This document shows, in pieces, positions 13,161-25,544 of a stretch of DNA of 64,000 nucleotides. The notes beneath the pieces are model-generated. The model was not told the origin of the DNA and did no database searches. It worked only from the letters and a program-made list of their open reading frames with translations. Within the stretch, counting starts at the first letter, position 1. The number at the start of each line of letters is the position of its first letter. Made by a program: the position numbers and the translations under genes. Origin of the DNA: Glaucostegus cemiculus. Lineage: Eukaryota. The stretch is from assembly GCA_976551045.1 (NCBI GenBank), contig CDPCPM010000275.1:4960001-5024000 (forward strand), read 5' to 3'.

Positions 13161-13407
13161 CAATGAAAGGACTCAAGGATTGAGTACCATCTTGAATACT
13201 CCTTCTCAGTTTTGAGAGGTCTAGGGTCAGGATTTCTCATAAGTCAGAGGGGTTGTTATCCTTGGAGCTTTTCCTTTGTCTGCTTCATAATCCCTGGCAA
13301 TGATGGAGCTTGGAGTAGCATGCTTGCTTTGGGGGTCTGGCTTTGGCCACGGAATTTGTTTATGGTAACTAACTGAGTGTAATTAAAGCCTCAGTGATGG
13401 GTACATT
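13161..13407 (-). mobile_element. RTE LINE 3' fragment (continuation of 14730-15749)
   Basis: Reverse complement aligns to 24510-24740; junction hexamer TACATT matches 15744-15749. Confidence 0.75.
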
Positions 13408-14465
13408 CTGACTAACACACCTCAACCAGCGAGGATAGGCAGCAACACCTCCAGCATGATTAATCTCAATACTGGTGCCCCACAAGGCTGCGTCCTCAGC
13501 CCTCTACTCTGCTCCCTTTATACTCATTACCACGTGACCAGATTCTGCTCTAACTCCATCTATGTAAGTTTGCAGACGATATCACCATTGTAGGCTGTAT
13601 CTCAAATAACGATGTGTCGGAGTACAGGAAGATGATAGAGAGCTTAGTGACATGGTGTCACGACAACAACCTTTCCTTCAATGTCAGCAAAACAAAAGAG
13701 CTGGTCATCAACTTCAGGAAGGGGGCAGTGCATATGCTCCTGTCTACATCAACGATGCTAAAGTCAAGAGGGTTGACAGCTGCAAGTTCCCAGGAGTGAA
13801 CATCACCAATAGCCTGTAGTGGTCAAACCACTTAGACACCACAGCCAAGAAAGCTTACCAGTGCCTCTGCTTCTTCAGGAGGCAAAAGAAATTTGCCATG
13901 CCACCATTGACCCTCACCAATTTTTGTTGATGCACCATAGAAAGCATCCTATCTGGATGCATCATGGCTCGGTATGGCAACTGCTCTGCCCATGACTGCA
14001 AGAAATTGCAGAGAATTGTGGACACAGCTCAGCACATCATGGAAGCCAGCCACCCCACCTTGGACTCTGTCTATACTTTTCACTGCCTCAGTAAAGCGGT
14101 CAACATAGTCAAAGACCCCACCCTCCCTAGGCATTCTTTCTTCTCCCCTCTCTCATCAGGCAGAAAGTCTGAAAGCATGTACCATTAGGCTCAAGGACAG
14201 CTTCTATCCCGCTATTACAAGAATATTGAAATGGTTCCCTAGTACGATAATATGGACACTTGACCTCACAATTTCCCTCATTATGGTTTTGCACCTTATT
14301 ATCTACCTGCACTGCACTTTCTCAGTAGCTGCTACACTTTATTCACATTCTGTTATTATTTTACTTTGTACTGCTTTGAATGCACTGTGAATTGAATTGA
14401 TCTGTATGAACGGTATGCAAGATGAGTTTTTCACGGTACATATGACAATCATAAACCAATGCCAA
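13408..14465 (+). mobile_element. Rex1/Babar LINE 3' half (copy R1)
   Basis: [49 protein letters not shown]-type motif; tail tgacaatcataaaccaatgccaa. Confidence 0.92.
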
Positions 14466-14729
14466 TTCTACCTGTGTGGAATTTCCACATTCTCCTTGTG
14501 ACTGTGTGGATATTCTGTTTTTCCTCCCACAGCCCAAGGACCTACTGGTAAGTTAATTAGCTACTGTAAATTGCCCTTGGTTTCTGTGGGTAGCAGTTGT
14601 TGATGAGCACATGAGAGAGAATAGTTACTGGGAAATAAATAGGGAAAAGGGACGGATCAGAATACATTGAGACCTCACATAAACTCGAGGTGCTAAATGA
14701 CCTCAGTGTCATATAAGGTAATATGAAAA
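14466..14729 (+). mobile_element. headless SINE body (head lies inverted at 17690-17734)
   Basis: Begins mid-element at tctacctgtgtggaatttccacattctccttgtgac, alignable with the SINE at 7130 onward. Confidence 0.8.
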
Positions 14730-15749
14730 ATAATTAGCACATGTTAAAAAGTGTCTTGACTTCTCTATTACAATACACTAAGACTGCCTAAGACTGCTTT
14801 GATGAGAATGACCAGGAGATCAAAGAGCTATATGAAGTCCTTGAATTCAAAACTCCACTACATCTCACAAAGAAAGTAACAGGTTTGCAGACATTTGAAA
14901 GCCTTCTTCCAAAAGAAAATCTGTAATCTAAAGAACACATGAAAAGAATCAAGGAGATCCAGAAAATGGCTGATAACAATGATATAGGTCAATTGTTTAG
15001 CAGTGTGATAAATGCCTATTGTCCAAGTACCCACAACTTGCTCTATTGAGAGTCAAGAACAGAGGAAAGCTTATCAAAGAGAGATACCATTATGGAACAC
15101 TTCAAATAATTCCTCAACCATAACTCTGTTCTCAACATGAGTGTCTTTGATTCCACCCCACAGAAAATTATCTTGTCAGTCTATGATGGCAGTGAGCAAT
15201 AAGTTCAATGTCAACTAAAAAAAAGACCTCAGGAGCAAACTTCCAACGGTTCTAAAACTTCATGGAGATGAACTTCAGTCACAAATTTGCAGCCTCATTT
15301 CCCACATCTGGGAAGATTAAGATATTCCCAGGCACCATAATTGTGACCCCCTTAAAGAAAAGAGACAAATCCAATTGTAGCAGCTGGATTGGTGTTAACC
15401 TACAGAACAAATGGAAACCAACCTATATCACTTTCATTCCAGAACCTAGGTCTCTCCAACCTCACTCTCTGTGCTGCAGTATGCAGACAGCTCTTAGATA
15501 TGCATGCATTCACACACCGAACTTCAAGTGACTCACTGAAGTGTATGAAAGAATGGGCCTTACACTAATTATCCTCAATACATAGGCCCTCCACCAACCT
15601 GTTGAGCTGTACAAGCACCTCATGACAATAAAGATCTTTGATAACACCCTGGAAAACATGGAACAACTTTGCATATCTCAAACTTAGAACAAAAATAGAC
15701 ATGGATGGTGAAACTCACAAATGTCAGTGACCTTGCCCAGGCTAATGTA
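14730..15749 (+). mobile_element. RTE LINE linker and internally deleted RT
   Basis: DCFDENDQEIKEL, KKRDKSNCS joined directly to YRTNGN, LQYADS (YADD-like), TLENMEQL. Confidence 0.8.
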
Positions 15750-16706
15750 TTGGTATTGGTTTATTATTGTCAGTTGTACTGAGGTATAGTGAAAAACATG
15801 TCTTGTATACTGTTTGTACAGATCAATTCATTACAAAGTGCATTGAGGTAGTACAGGGCAAAAACAATAACGGAGTACAGAGTAAAGTGTCACAGCTACA
15901 GGGAAGTGCATTGCAGGTAGACAATAAGGTGCAAGGTTATAACAAGGTAGGTTGTGAGGTCAAGAGTCCATCTCATTGTATAAGAGAAGCGTTCAATAGT
16001 CTTATCACAGTGGGATAGAAGCTGTCCTTGAACCTGGTGGTATGTGCCCTCAGGCTCCTGTATCTTCTGTCTGGTGGGAGAGGGGAGAAGAGAGAATGAC
16101 CCGGGTGGGTGGGGTCTTTGTCTATACCTCTCACTGCCTTGGTGAAGCATCCAGCATAATCAGAGTCCAAGGAGGGGAGGTTGGTTTCCATTATGTACTG
16201 GGCTGTGTCCACAACCCTCTGCAGTTTCTTATGGTCCCAGGCAGAGCAGTTGCCATACCAAGCCGTGATGCTTCCAGATAGGATGCTTTCTATAGAGCAT
16301 CGATAAAAGTTGGTGAGTGTCAAAGGGAACATGCCAAATTCCTTTAGCCTCCTGAGGAATTAGAGGTGCTGGTGAGCTTTCTTGGCTGTGGTGTTTATGT
16401 GGTTGGATGAAGACAGGCTATTGGTGATGTTCTCTCCAAGGAATTTGAAGCTCTCCACCTCAGCACCATTGATGTAGACAGGTGCACGTACGCCACCCCC
16501 TTTCCTGAAGTCAATGACCAGCTCTTTTGTGGTCTGTTGGTCAGGAAGTCAAGGATCCAGTTGCAGAGGGAGGTGTTGAGTCTCAGGTCTAGGAGTTTGG
16601 TGATGAGGTTGCTTGGAATTATGGTATTGAAGGAGGAGCTGTAATCAATAATAGCCTAATGTAGATGTCTTTACTGTCCAGGTGCTCCAGAGATGAGTGT
16701 AGGGCC
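15750..16706 (-). mobile_element. Rex1/Babar LINE 3' half (copy R2)
   Basis: ORF 15973..16332 LTNFYRCSIESILSGSITAWYGNCS...TTRFKDSFYP; tail (ccaata)n at 15750. Confidence 0.92.
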
Positions 16707-17689
16707 ATTGAGAACAAAGTTGGTGAACTAAGGGCAAGACTAATCTACCAAAGAGAACTAAGGGACTGCTGTGTGCTATGTCTCACCAAAAGCTGGCTTA
16801 CACCTACTTCACCTGACTGCACCATGCAACCTGAGGGCTTCTCAATTCACCGGATGGACCATACAGCATCCTTGGGCAAAGTCAGAGACAGAGGTGTCTG
16901 TTTCTTAATTAACACCTTGTTGTGTTCAGACATGATGGTCCTGGCAAGTTCTTGCTTACCCAGCTCAGAAATATCTAACAGTGAAATGCCGCCCATACTA
17001 TCTGTCATGGGAGTTCACTTCAGCTATCCTAATGGCAGTCTATATCCCACCCCAGGCAGAAGTCTTTCTGTCTTTGTGTCTCTCATTGTTTTTTTTAATG
17101 TGACTAGCACCTTGATCTGTGGAGTACAGTATTTTGCTGCTATGCATGCTGAATGTATATGTGGAAGTGACAATAAAACTGATACTGATTCTGATTCTGA
17201 AGTGAATCCTGCACTTAATAAACTATACTCTATGGTCAACAGCTTTTAAATGGGATACCCTGAGGTCCTCTTCCTCATTGCTGGTGACTTCAATCAGGCC
17301 AACTTCAAGAGCATGTTACCAAAATACTACTACCATGTGTCCTGTCCCACCAAGGGCCCCAAACACCCTTGACTATTGCTATACAACCATCAAAGACGCC
17401 TAATGAGCCACCCCCCGCCCATACTTTGATAAATCAGACTACCAGGCTGTACTCCTTCTCCCCACATACAAACAGAAACTGAAACGGGAGGACCCACTAC
17501 AGAAAATCATATAGTGCTGGTCTGAGGAAATAGATGATCTTCTATGTGACTGCTTTGAGTTGGTAGACTGGTCCGTGTTCGAAGACTTAGCTGCCAGCCA
17601 AGATGAGTACATCACCACCATCACAGACTTTATCAGCAAGTGTGTTGAGGACTGTGTACCAAAGAGAACAATTGGAGTGTTCCCAAACC
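16703..17689 (+). mobile_element. Rex1/Babar AP-endonuclease segment, inverted relative to R2
   Basis: IENKVGELRARL...CCVLCLTKSWL, IAGDFNQANF, LDYCYTTIKDA, FDKSDY (GKSDH-like). Confidence 0.88.
17064..17198 (+). mobile_element. 135 bp LINE 3' UTR with (TTCTGA)n tail nested in the Rex1 endonuclease
   Basis: Ends gtgacaataaaactgatactgattctgattct; flanked by GAAGT (17059-17063, 17199-17203). Confidence 0.8.
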
Positions 17690-17734
17690 AACCAAGGTGA
17701 GGATCAAACCTGGGTCACTGGAGCTGAGTGGCAG
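17690..17734 (-). mobile_element. SINE head fragment (B-box region)
   Basis: Minus strand ctgccactcagctccagtgacccaggtttgatcctcaccttggt. Confidence 0.75.
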
Positions 17735-18300
17735 TTATGGTGGACTTCAGGCCATCCAGGCACTGTGGACACTCTACAGTTCACTTGATTTGAGGTCATT
17801 AGTTTGTCTGTGAGGGACTCTGAGAAGAGCTACCTTAGTGGAGTTTTTGACGTTTTCAACGTTGATTCTCTTGCAGCAGCAGCATTTGTGTTGCCACTGT
17901 TGTTTTGGAGCCAAGCTGATAACAAGAGCAGTATATCGGGGAGAGGTCAGTCCAAAAGTCATTGGAACTGGGTGATGTAGATATCCTTGCCATCTGTCGC
18001 TCGATGATGACATACTTTCACAGAATTCGGATGTTGCCTTCAAACAGAATATTAATAATGACAAGCTAATGTTCCAAGCATTTTGTCTAAGGGAGGATTC
18101 CATTAGATTTAGCTTTCCTTACTCCTTCCTTGTTGGTCACGCCTTGCCAGATTGTTTCATCCTTTCCAGGTCTGACACTGAAGATGCCCAAGAGGATCAT
18201 ACCAGGGGTTTTCCAAGATTGCAGCAAAAATCCTTCTTGGCTATAACCATGTCTTTCAGGATGAGGGTTTAAGGACTGATAACCATAGAGCACTAATTTA
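17735..18300 (-). mobile_element. RTE LINE AP-endonuclease fragment
   Basis: Minus strand MILLGIFSVRPGKDETIWQGVTNKEGVRKAKSNGILP*TKCLEH*LVIINILF resembles LLGDFNARVG...GVGKxNSNG...LVITNTLF. Confidence 0.8.
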
Positions 18301-18344
18301 ATGTTACAGTGACCTCCTTGCATTGGTGCTAGAGATACAGAGAA

Positions 18345-19725
18345 CAATTAAGTAAAATGTAAATAGCAAAAGGGTAGTACACAGAGAAGTGTGATCCATT
18401 AAAATCAAAAATGGAAACTTGCACAAGAATGCTGAGGGCCCTGTTAAACTACTTTGCATCCGTTTTCACCAGGAAAGGTGGTTCTTCAAAAGTAATAGCA
18501 TAAAGGGGATGGCTGAGACATAAGAATTTGTAAAAATTATTAACACATTGGCTTTAGAAAAGGTGGCTGAACTTTAAGTAGCAAGTCACCGGGATTGATG
18601 GGACGCATCTGACATTTTGAGGGAAGTATATGAATAAATCATGGGGTCACTGACTGTGATCTTTCAGTGTTCTTTGGATTTGGAGGAAGTGCAAGGGAAC
18701 TGGAGGTAGCAAATGTTATTCTGTAGTGCAAGGGAATGAGGATAAACCTGGCAACTACAGGCCAGTTAGTTTAATCTCAGTAGTAGAAAACATTTTAAAA
18801 ACATTGATGCAGGACAGGAATAATAGTCAATTAGAGGCAAGACAGGATGGCTTGGTTTAGGCAAATTGTGTTTGATCATTTTAATCAAGTCTTTTGATGA
18901 GTTAACGGATAGAGTTGATGAGAGTAATGCAGTCTCATGTGTACGTGGACTTCCAGAAGGGTTTTGATAAGGTGCCACAATAAAGTTGAAGGACATGGCA
19001 TAAAAGGACACTGATTACATGGATACAAAATTAGCTAAGTAACAGACAACAGACTTGTGGTGAGTGGTTGATTTTTTTCAACTGCTGGAAGGTGAACACT
19101 TGCGTTTCCCACAGGCTGGTGTTAGGGCTCTTGCTTTTCTTGATCTACATTAATGACCTAGATTTGCGGGTGCAAGTCACAAGTTCTAAATTTTGCAAAT
19201 GACATAAAACTTGGCAATGTGAACTGTCAAAGAAGATAGTGATAGCTAGAAACAGACAGCTGAAGAAGCATTCACAAGGCAGATGAAGTTTAATGTGGAG
19301 AAATAAAGAAAACTGTTCTCAAAGGAATACAGAATGCAGCGACCCAAGATTGTATGTGCACAAATCATTGAAAGTAGCAGAGCAGGTTGAAAAAGTGGTA
19401 AATAGGACATTCGCATTTCTGACATTAGAGGTATAGAGTATAAAAGCAGGGCAGTGATATGGAACTGTTATAAAACACAGGTCTGGCAACAACTGCATAA
19501 CGTGTTTACTTTTGGTTATAACATTATGGGAAGAATGTGAAGAAGATGCAGGAAAGATATATTCGACAATGATTCTTGTGATGACATATAAGGATAGATG
19601 AGAGATGCTGAGGCTGATTTTTTGAGATGGCTGTGGGGAGACCTGATAGAAATGTTTAAAGTGATAATGTGTCCGGGCAGAGTGGTTAGTGACAGGCTAT
19701 TCCTTTTGGTGGAGTGCTCATGATC
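18345..19725 (+). mobile_element. old, heavily decayed CR1 ORF2
   Basis: gataaacctggcaactacaggccagttagtttaa (DKPGNYRPVSL), gacttccagaagggttttgataaggtgcca (DFQKxFDKVP). Confidence 0.8.
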
Positions 19726-20299
19726 GTTTTCATCTTCATAGATGAAAAGTAAAGAGGAAAAAAAACAACTGGTGAAAGTGGCAATATCTTAAATTTTTTT
19801 AACATCTTGAGCAAGCTATACTGACATTCTAGCCTGTTCTACATGCTGTGGGATCATGGTTGATCTTTGGCCTCAACTCTATTTTCTTACAACCATAACT
19901 TCTGATTAATCTGAATATCTGTCTTTGCCTTAAATATGTTGAATGACAGCATCCAAATATGTGTGCCAGAGCATTCCAAAGATTCACAACTCTCAAAGAA
20001 GAAATACCTCCACATATTTTCTGAAGATCAATCCCTTATGATATCTCTAATCTTTGACATGTCAAATCTTACATGTTAACTGGAATCTTAAATGAAGGAG
20101 TCCATCCACGATTACTCCTTCGATTCTGGAATTGTTCCATCAGGCTTCCAACCCATTCAGCTCCTCAATTAGAATTCAGATTTCCCATCTTCAATTCCCT
20201 GCCTCAGAGGTCTTGCCTAACAGGTTAGTATTGGGCATTTGGTTTTAATTCTGTCTTAATGTTAAATATTATGTCAGTTTAGAGCAAGGTTATTTGATC

Positions 20300-20376
20300 C
20301 ACTGGTGTTAGTGTTCGATAGGAGATTCTTCCACCCTACATGTATACATGAAAGTGACAATAAACTGATTCTGATT
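20300..20376 (+). mobile_element. short (TTCTGA)n-tailed LINE 3' end
   Basis: catgtatacatgaaagtgacaataaactgattctgatt nearly identical to reverse complement of 60740-60777. Confidence 0.75.
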
Positions 20377-20384
20377 TGAACCCA

Positions 20385-20630
20385 TTCCAGGGTAAAACCT
20401 TTAGGACTCAGATGAGGAGATATTTCATCACTCAGAAGCTGGTGAACCTGTTGAATTCTCTTCCATAAAAACTGGAGAAGGACAGGCTATATTTCAGAAG
20501 AAGATGATTTCCAGACTCAAATAGGATAAAAGGGGAGATCAAGAATATGACTTTGAGACAGAGGATCTGCCATGATCACACTGAATGGAGGAGTGGGTTC
20601 ACCCTATTCCTGTTCTTATTTTCATGATTC
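20385..20630 (+). mobile_element. CR1 3' end
   Basis: Alignable with 40715-40982 (gatgaggagatatttc...gccatgatc...ctattcctgttcttatttt). Confidence 0.7.
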
Positions 20631-21072
20631 TGTCAAAGTAGTCTTCTATTTTTTTCTTCCTTATGTAGCTAAACCTTTTAATATACATCTGATTTGTTCA
20701 CCTCAACAACTCTGTGTAATAGTGAAAAGCAAATCACAGAGAAAAGCAATTTCTGAATTCTCCGGATTTATTAGCGACTCATTTATTTATCATTAGTTTT
20801 GTCAGCACTACAAGTGAAAACAGCATCTGTATGTCAATATGATAAATAGATGGTTAGATCGTGGTTGATAATGTTGGAAAGGATTCTTCAGATAACAACT
20901 GTAAACATGATGCCTACTACATTATCTTTTTAAATACCAATTTTACTTATTTTTAAGATCCCGAGTACATTGATTAAGTTTTTATTTCCTGTGCAGCTCT
21001 TTCAGCTGATTTTATATTTAGGATTTTATGGGACCATGCATTCCAGTTTACAAATATCAACATTCAATTGTA

Positions 21073-21270
21073 AGCAAAAGAAAATGCTGGATGCCCTCAG
21101 CATGTTAGGCAGCACCTATGGAGAAAGAAACACAGTTAATATTTCAGACTGAAGACTCTTGGACCTGAAATACTAACTTTTTTTCTCTTTCCACGTTCTC
21201 TGCCTGATCTGCAGAGTATTTACAGCATTTTCTGTTTTTATTTCAAATTTCTAGCAAAGGCAGTTTTTTT
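21073..21270. mobile_element. fold-back mini-element made of two inverted PLE pLTR ends
   Basis: Arms 21077-21147 and 21165-21237 are imperfect reverse complements of each other. Confidence 0.75.
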
Positions 21271-22959
21271 TTAATTTTGATTTTAAATAGCTTGGCTCCA
21301 AGTTATAGATCACACAGTTATGTCAAATAATTGTTTTTCATCATCTAATTACTCAACTGAATAACCTTTCTCAAAAAATGGAATATCCAAAGGTGCATAA
21401 AATGGCCTGTTGGCATTCCTGACAAGAAAAAACTCTAGAATTGCTGTGTGAGGAATGGATCTCAGTGAAAACGTGATCAGGTGATTTCCCTGGTTGCAAG
21501 ACCAGCTCATGGGATACATATGTTCGCCCTTCCTGAATAACTTTAATATTTCTAGCAGACTATGTTTTATCACACAAGATTAGGACACATATTTGGGCAA
21601 CCTTTTAATTATTATTTTGTGTCATAATAATTTGCGTAACATTAAATTGAATGACAGTCTTGCTGTTTATAATTTGCAATTAATTTACAGTAGCTACAGT
21701 GAACATATGGCTTTTGATAGAAATTGCAGCGTCAGCCACTTAAGTGTATGAAAAATTTAAGCACTCAGTTTAGTTCAATTATAATGTGATGCACAGATTG
21801 TTTCTAAGATACCTTGCCTAACCATATGGAGTATGAGTATAATAATGTAATATTCTGATGCTCAGAAACTTTCAGATTAAATTGTCAGGAATATTATAAT
21901 AACAACATAAAATTGAGAGGAAAAAACTAAAATCCTATTAATCCATTGCACTGCAAGAGATACAAATCATTTTTAGAAAAAATGTGAAGACCTGTCATAA
22001 AAGACCTATGCAACAGTTACATAATATGACTGATGTCAATATATTTAGTGATAACACTCAGCTGCTCACTTTATTGGTACTGTACTGTCTAAACTCATCA
22101 GCTGTATAGAGCAGAAATAGATTGAGGAAAATATGTTCAATTGGTTTTATATTTCTGTAAACCACAGCAGTCAAAACATTTACGTGCTTTGGTCAGCATA
22201 CGCAAGAGCATAAACCACATAGCCTGTCTTTTTCTGGTTTATTCAACAAAGAGATGCTTTGTTCATTAGCCTTTCTAGATTTATTCAGTTTTCTTTTTAC
22301 ACATACAACTTTAAATTACTATTACGTTATTGCTCACGTTTCTCATAATAAAAGCCCATGAAAGCAATGAGCTGCATTAGTAGCTAGTGTATTCAATGTA
22401 AAACAAACCTTAATGAGATTTGCATCTTTGCTATGTTAATCTGTTTTGACACAGGTTTATTTCTCTTGTGTAGAGAAGAATAGCATAAGCTGCAAAAAAA
22501 GGTTCTTGGTGTGCAGATACACTATCTTGCAATGGCATGTGTGTGTGTGTGGCGCACGCGCATCCGTTCATTCTCCTTGGAGAATTCCCAATTTCATATA
22601 CCATCCACAACACAAGGAATCCCATGTGCTGCAAATACTCACCTGCCATATTTGTATAATGTGTTACTCTGTGCTTTCAGTTCCACTGAATATACACACC
22701 AGCTGGATGTACAAGACTAGGATGTGAAGCGTCATTGTACATGTGGTCACAGTACATGTAATGTTATATATTGTGTACATATCTGTGCATGGGCAGCACT
22801 GGGGGAGTATCAAAACACTATGCCTAGAAATTGGATTGCACAATGTCATATTTTTGAACACTACATAATTTAAAGGAAAAATACTGTGAGTTCCAAGAAC
22901 TGCATATCTTTTCTGCTTGCTCCTCTCTGTTAATGCCAGGCAGAGCCCAGCGAAGCAGC

Positions 22960-23690
22960 AGAAGTTGAACAGCTCTTCCTGTAGATTAATCAACTCAAAT
23001 GAAAAGCTAGTTGGAATTGATGAGCAGTATTGCAGTGAGGAAGTTTGAGATGAGGGTTGGAGCAATGACATATCCTAGCTGGACTCCAGTCTGCACTTGA
23101 TTGAATTTGTGCTGAATTATTTGGTTAGGACCATGGCTTGCATGTTATCATGTAGCGTGATAGAATTGCAGTGTATTTCTGGGGATAGTCAAACGTTGGA
23201 GTCAAAGGCTTTTGTAAGTTTGAGAAAGGCCATGAACATGGTTAGTGCTGCTCTCTACATTGGTCATGTGGTGAAGAGCATGTCCATTGTGCCTCTTGAT
23301 GGGACAAATCTGCATTAAGAGTTTGGGATAAAACTCTTCCCCCACTGGAAGAAAGTGGTTGAGAACAATGCATACAATGACATTACGAATGGCAAAAATC
23401 AGGGAGACTTGCCTGTAATTACATCAGTAGAACAAATCTCCTTTGTTGAAGATGGTCATGATTAAAGCAGCTCTTTAGATTTCAGATGAGAGAGATAAGG
23501 TCATGAATTTGCATCAGAAGTCCTTCTCTACAATGTTTTAGTACTTCAGCTGTGACTTTTCCTGCTCTGGAAGCTTTGTTGTTTTTCAACTTTTAGATTA
23601 CTTTTTCAACTGCCTGTAAGCTGGGTTAGTACCAGGACTGTATGCTAAAAGATGGAGTCAAAGATAGATTCTCAATTCAGGACACCTTTC
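22960..23690 (-). mobile_element. RTE LINE RT remnant
   Basis: Minus strand LKNNKASRAGKVTAEVLK, CRFVPSRGTMDMLFT, MAFLKLTKAFDS. Confidence 0.8.
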
Positions 23691-23699
23691 AAATGTACC

Positions 23700-24895
23700 T
23701 TCTAGCAAGCACTGACTGCCAGACTGTCCTTCGTAAGCCCTTATCCAACTTCTATGGTTCTAAAACTTTGTGGAATGGAACTTGAATCACAAATTCACAG
23801 CCTCATCTCCCACATCAGGGAAAAGGAAGATATTCCAGGGAACCTGAGACACACTGTAATTGTGACCATCTTCAAGAAAAGAGACAAGCCCAGTTGTAGC
23901 AACTGGAATGGAGATAATTGACAGAACAAATGGAAACCAATCCATATCACCTTCATTCCAGAACCAAGGTCTCTCTAACTTCACTCTCTGTACTGCAGTA
24001 TGCAGACAGCTCTTGAACATACACATGTTCAGACACTGAACTTCAAGCCATTGTTGACTCATTCACTGAAGTGTAAAAGAGAATGGTCTTTATACTAAAT
24101 ATCTGCAAAACATAGGTCCTCCACCAACCTACTGAGCTGCACAAACACCTCATGACAATGAAGATACACTCTGGAAAACATGGAACAATTTCACACATCT
24201 CAGGAGACACCTTTTAACAAAAACAGACATGGATGATGTAATTCATCATGGCCTTCAGTGTAGGGGCAGAGAATTTGACCATCAACAAAAAAAAAAGGTT
24301 TTGAAGATCAAGGCATCAAACCCAGGACAAAGTTCATGATTAATCAGTTGGTGTTAATCTCACCTTCCTGGATGATTCTGTGCTTATGACAAACTGCAGC
24401 AGGCACCTTTAAGCACCAGAAAGGTAACACCGACACTGTCTCTAAAAAAAAATCTTTCAAATCTAATTGCAGAACAAATGAACCAATGTTAGTGACCTTG
24501 CCCACGCTAATGCCTCTTTAGTTACACTACGTCAGTTCCCATGAGCAAATTTCATGGCCAAAGCCAGATCTCCAAAACAAACATACTACTCCAACCTCCA
24601 TCATTGCAAAAGATTACCAAACAGACAGAGGAAATGATCCAAGGATAACAACCCCTCTGACTTCTGAGAAATCCTGACCCAAGATTTCTCAAAACCGAGT
24701 ATTCAAGATGATACTTGATCCTTGGGTCCTTTCACCGATACTGAATCGCTAACTTTAGGGAACACTTTTTTCCTGTCTGTACCAGAAGTGCCTATTTCTG
24801 CCTGTTATTATTTGGGCTTAGTTTTTCTCTTTCTATTAGTATAATCTGGCCTGCTGGGCATATCCAACAACTTTCCTTTCAGCAACACAGAACAA
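23700..24895 (+). mobile_element. internally deleted RTE fused to PLE-like 3' sequence (paralog of 14730-15749 plus 13010-13407)
   Basis: Directly alignable with 15240-15747 and with the reverse complement of 13010-13395. Confidence 0.85.
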
Positions 24896-25127
24896 ATAAG
24901 TAATTTCACAAGTTTGCACTTCTGGCCTGTATTAGTATATATCATAAGTTAAGACCCCAGCTGGCCACTTCAGTTCATAGTTGGAAACTTAAGTCTGAGT
25001 TTCTTAAATATTCTTCCACAAAATCAAAGTCAGTAAATTTTTGAAGGCCTCAGTCAACACAACGCAAAATATTACAATATCTGTATCCAAACGCTTTCCT
25101 TCAATTTTTTAAGAAAATAACTGCCGT

Positions 25128-25290
25128 TAGAAATACAAAACAGGAGCACCAGTCAGTCATTCAGACCTGCAAGCCTGCTCTGTTATTCAGTAAGATCATG
25201 GCTGATCCTCTAGTTCAAAAACATATTCCTGCTCTCTCTGCATATCCCTTGATGCCTCTGGCATCTAGAAACCTATTTCCTTCTTAAGGC
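25128..25290 (-). mobile_element. CR1 3' tail
   Basis: caggagcaccagtcagtcattcagacctgcaagcctgctctgttattcagtaagatcatggctgatc is the reverse of the tail at 40900-40980. Confidence 0.7.
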
Positions 25291-25544
25291 ATCAATGTTC
25301 ATAGTTTTGTTATGTAATGATGCTTCAGCTATTGAAAATTATTTGCCAGAAGTATTGAAATTTAGTTTAGCATTTTATTCTGCTGCTTGAAAATCATTAA
25401 AAGCACAGCCAAATATTGTTTCAGGTGGTGCTTCTACAATGACGTACAAGGAAGATTCGATAAAGTATATGCTCACTTTTCATATGGGAGCAATCTAGGA
25501 ATAAAGCAGAACTGTCAAATTATATATTTCATATTCCCTTAAGC

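Noticed and set aside
16665-17249. 194-aa ORF
   Set aside because: Chimeric read-through of antisense RT, a frameshifted Rex1 endonuclease and a nested tail insertion.
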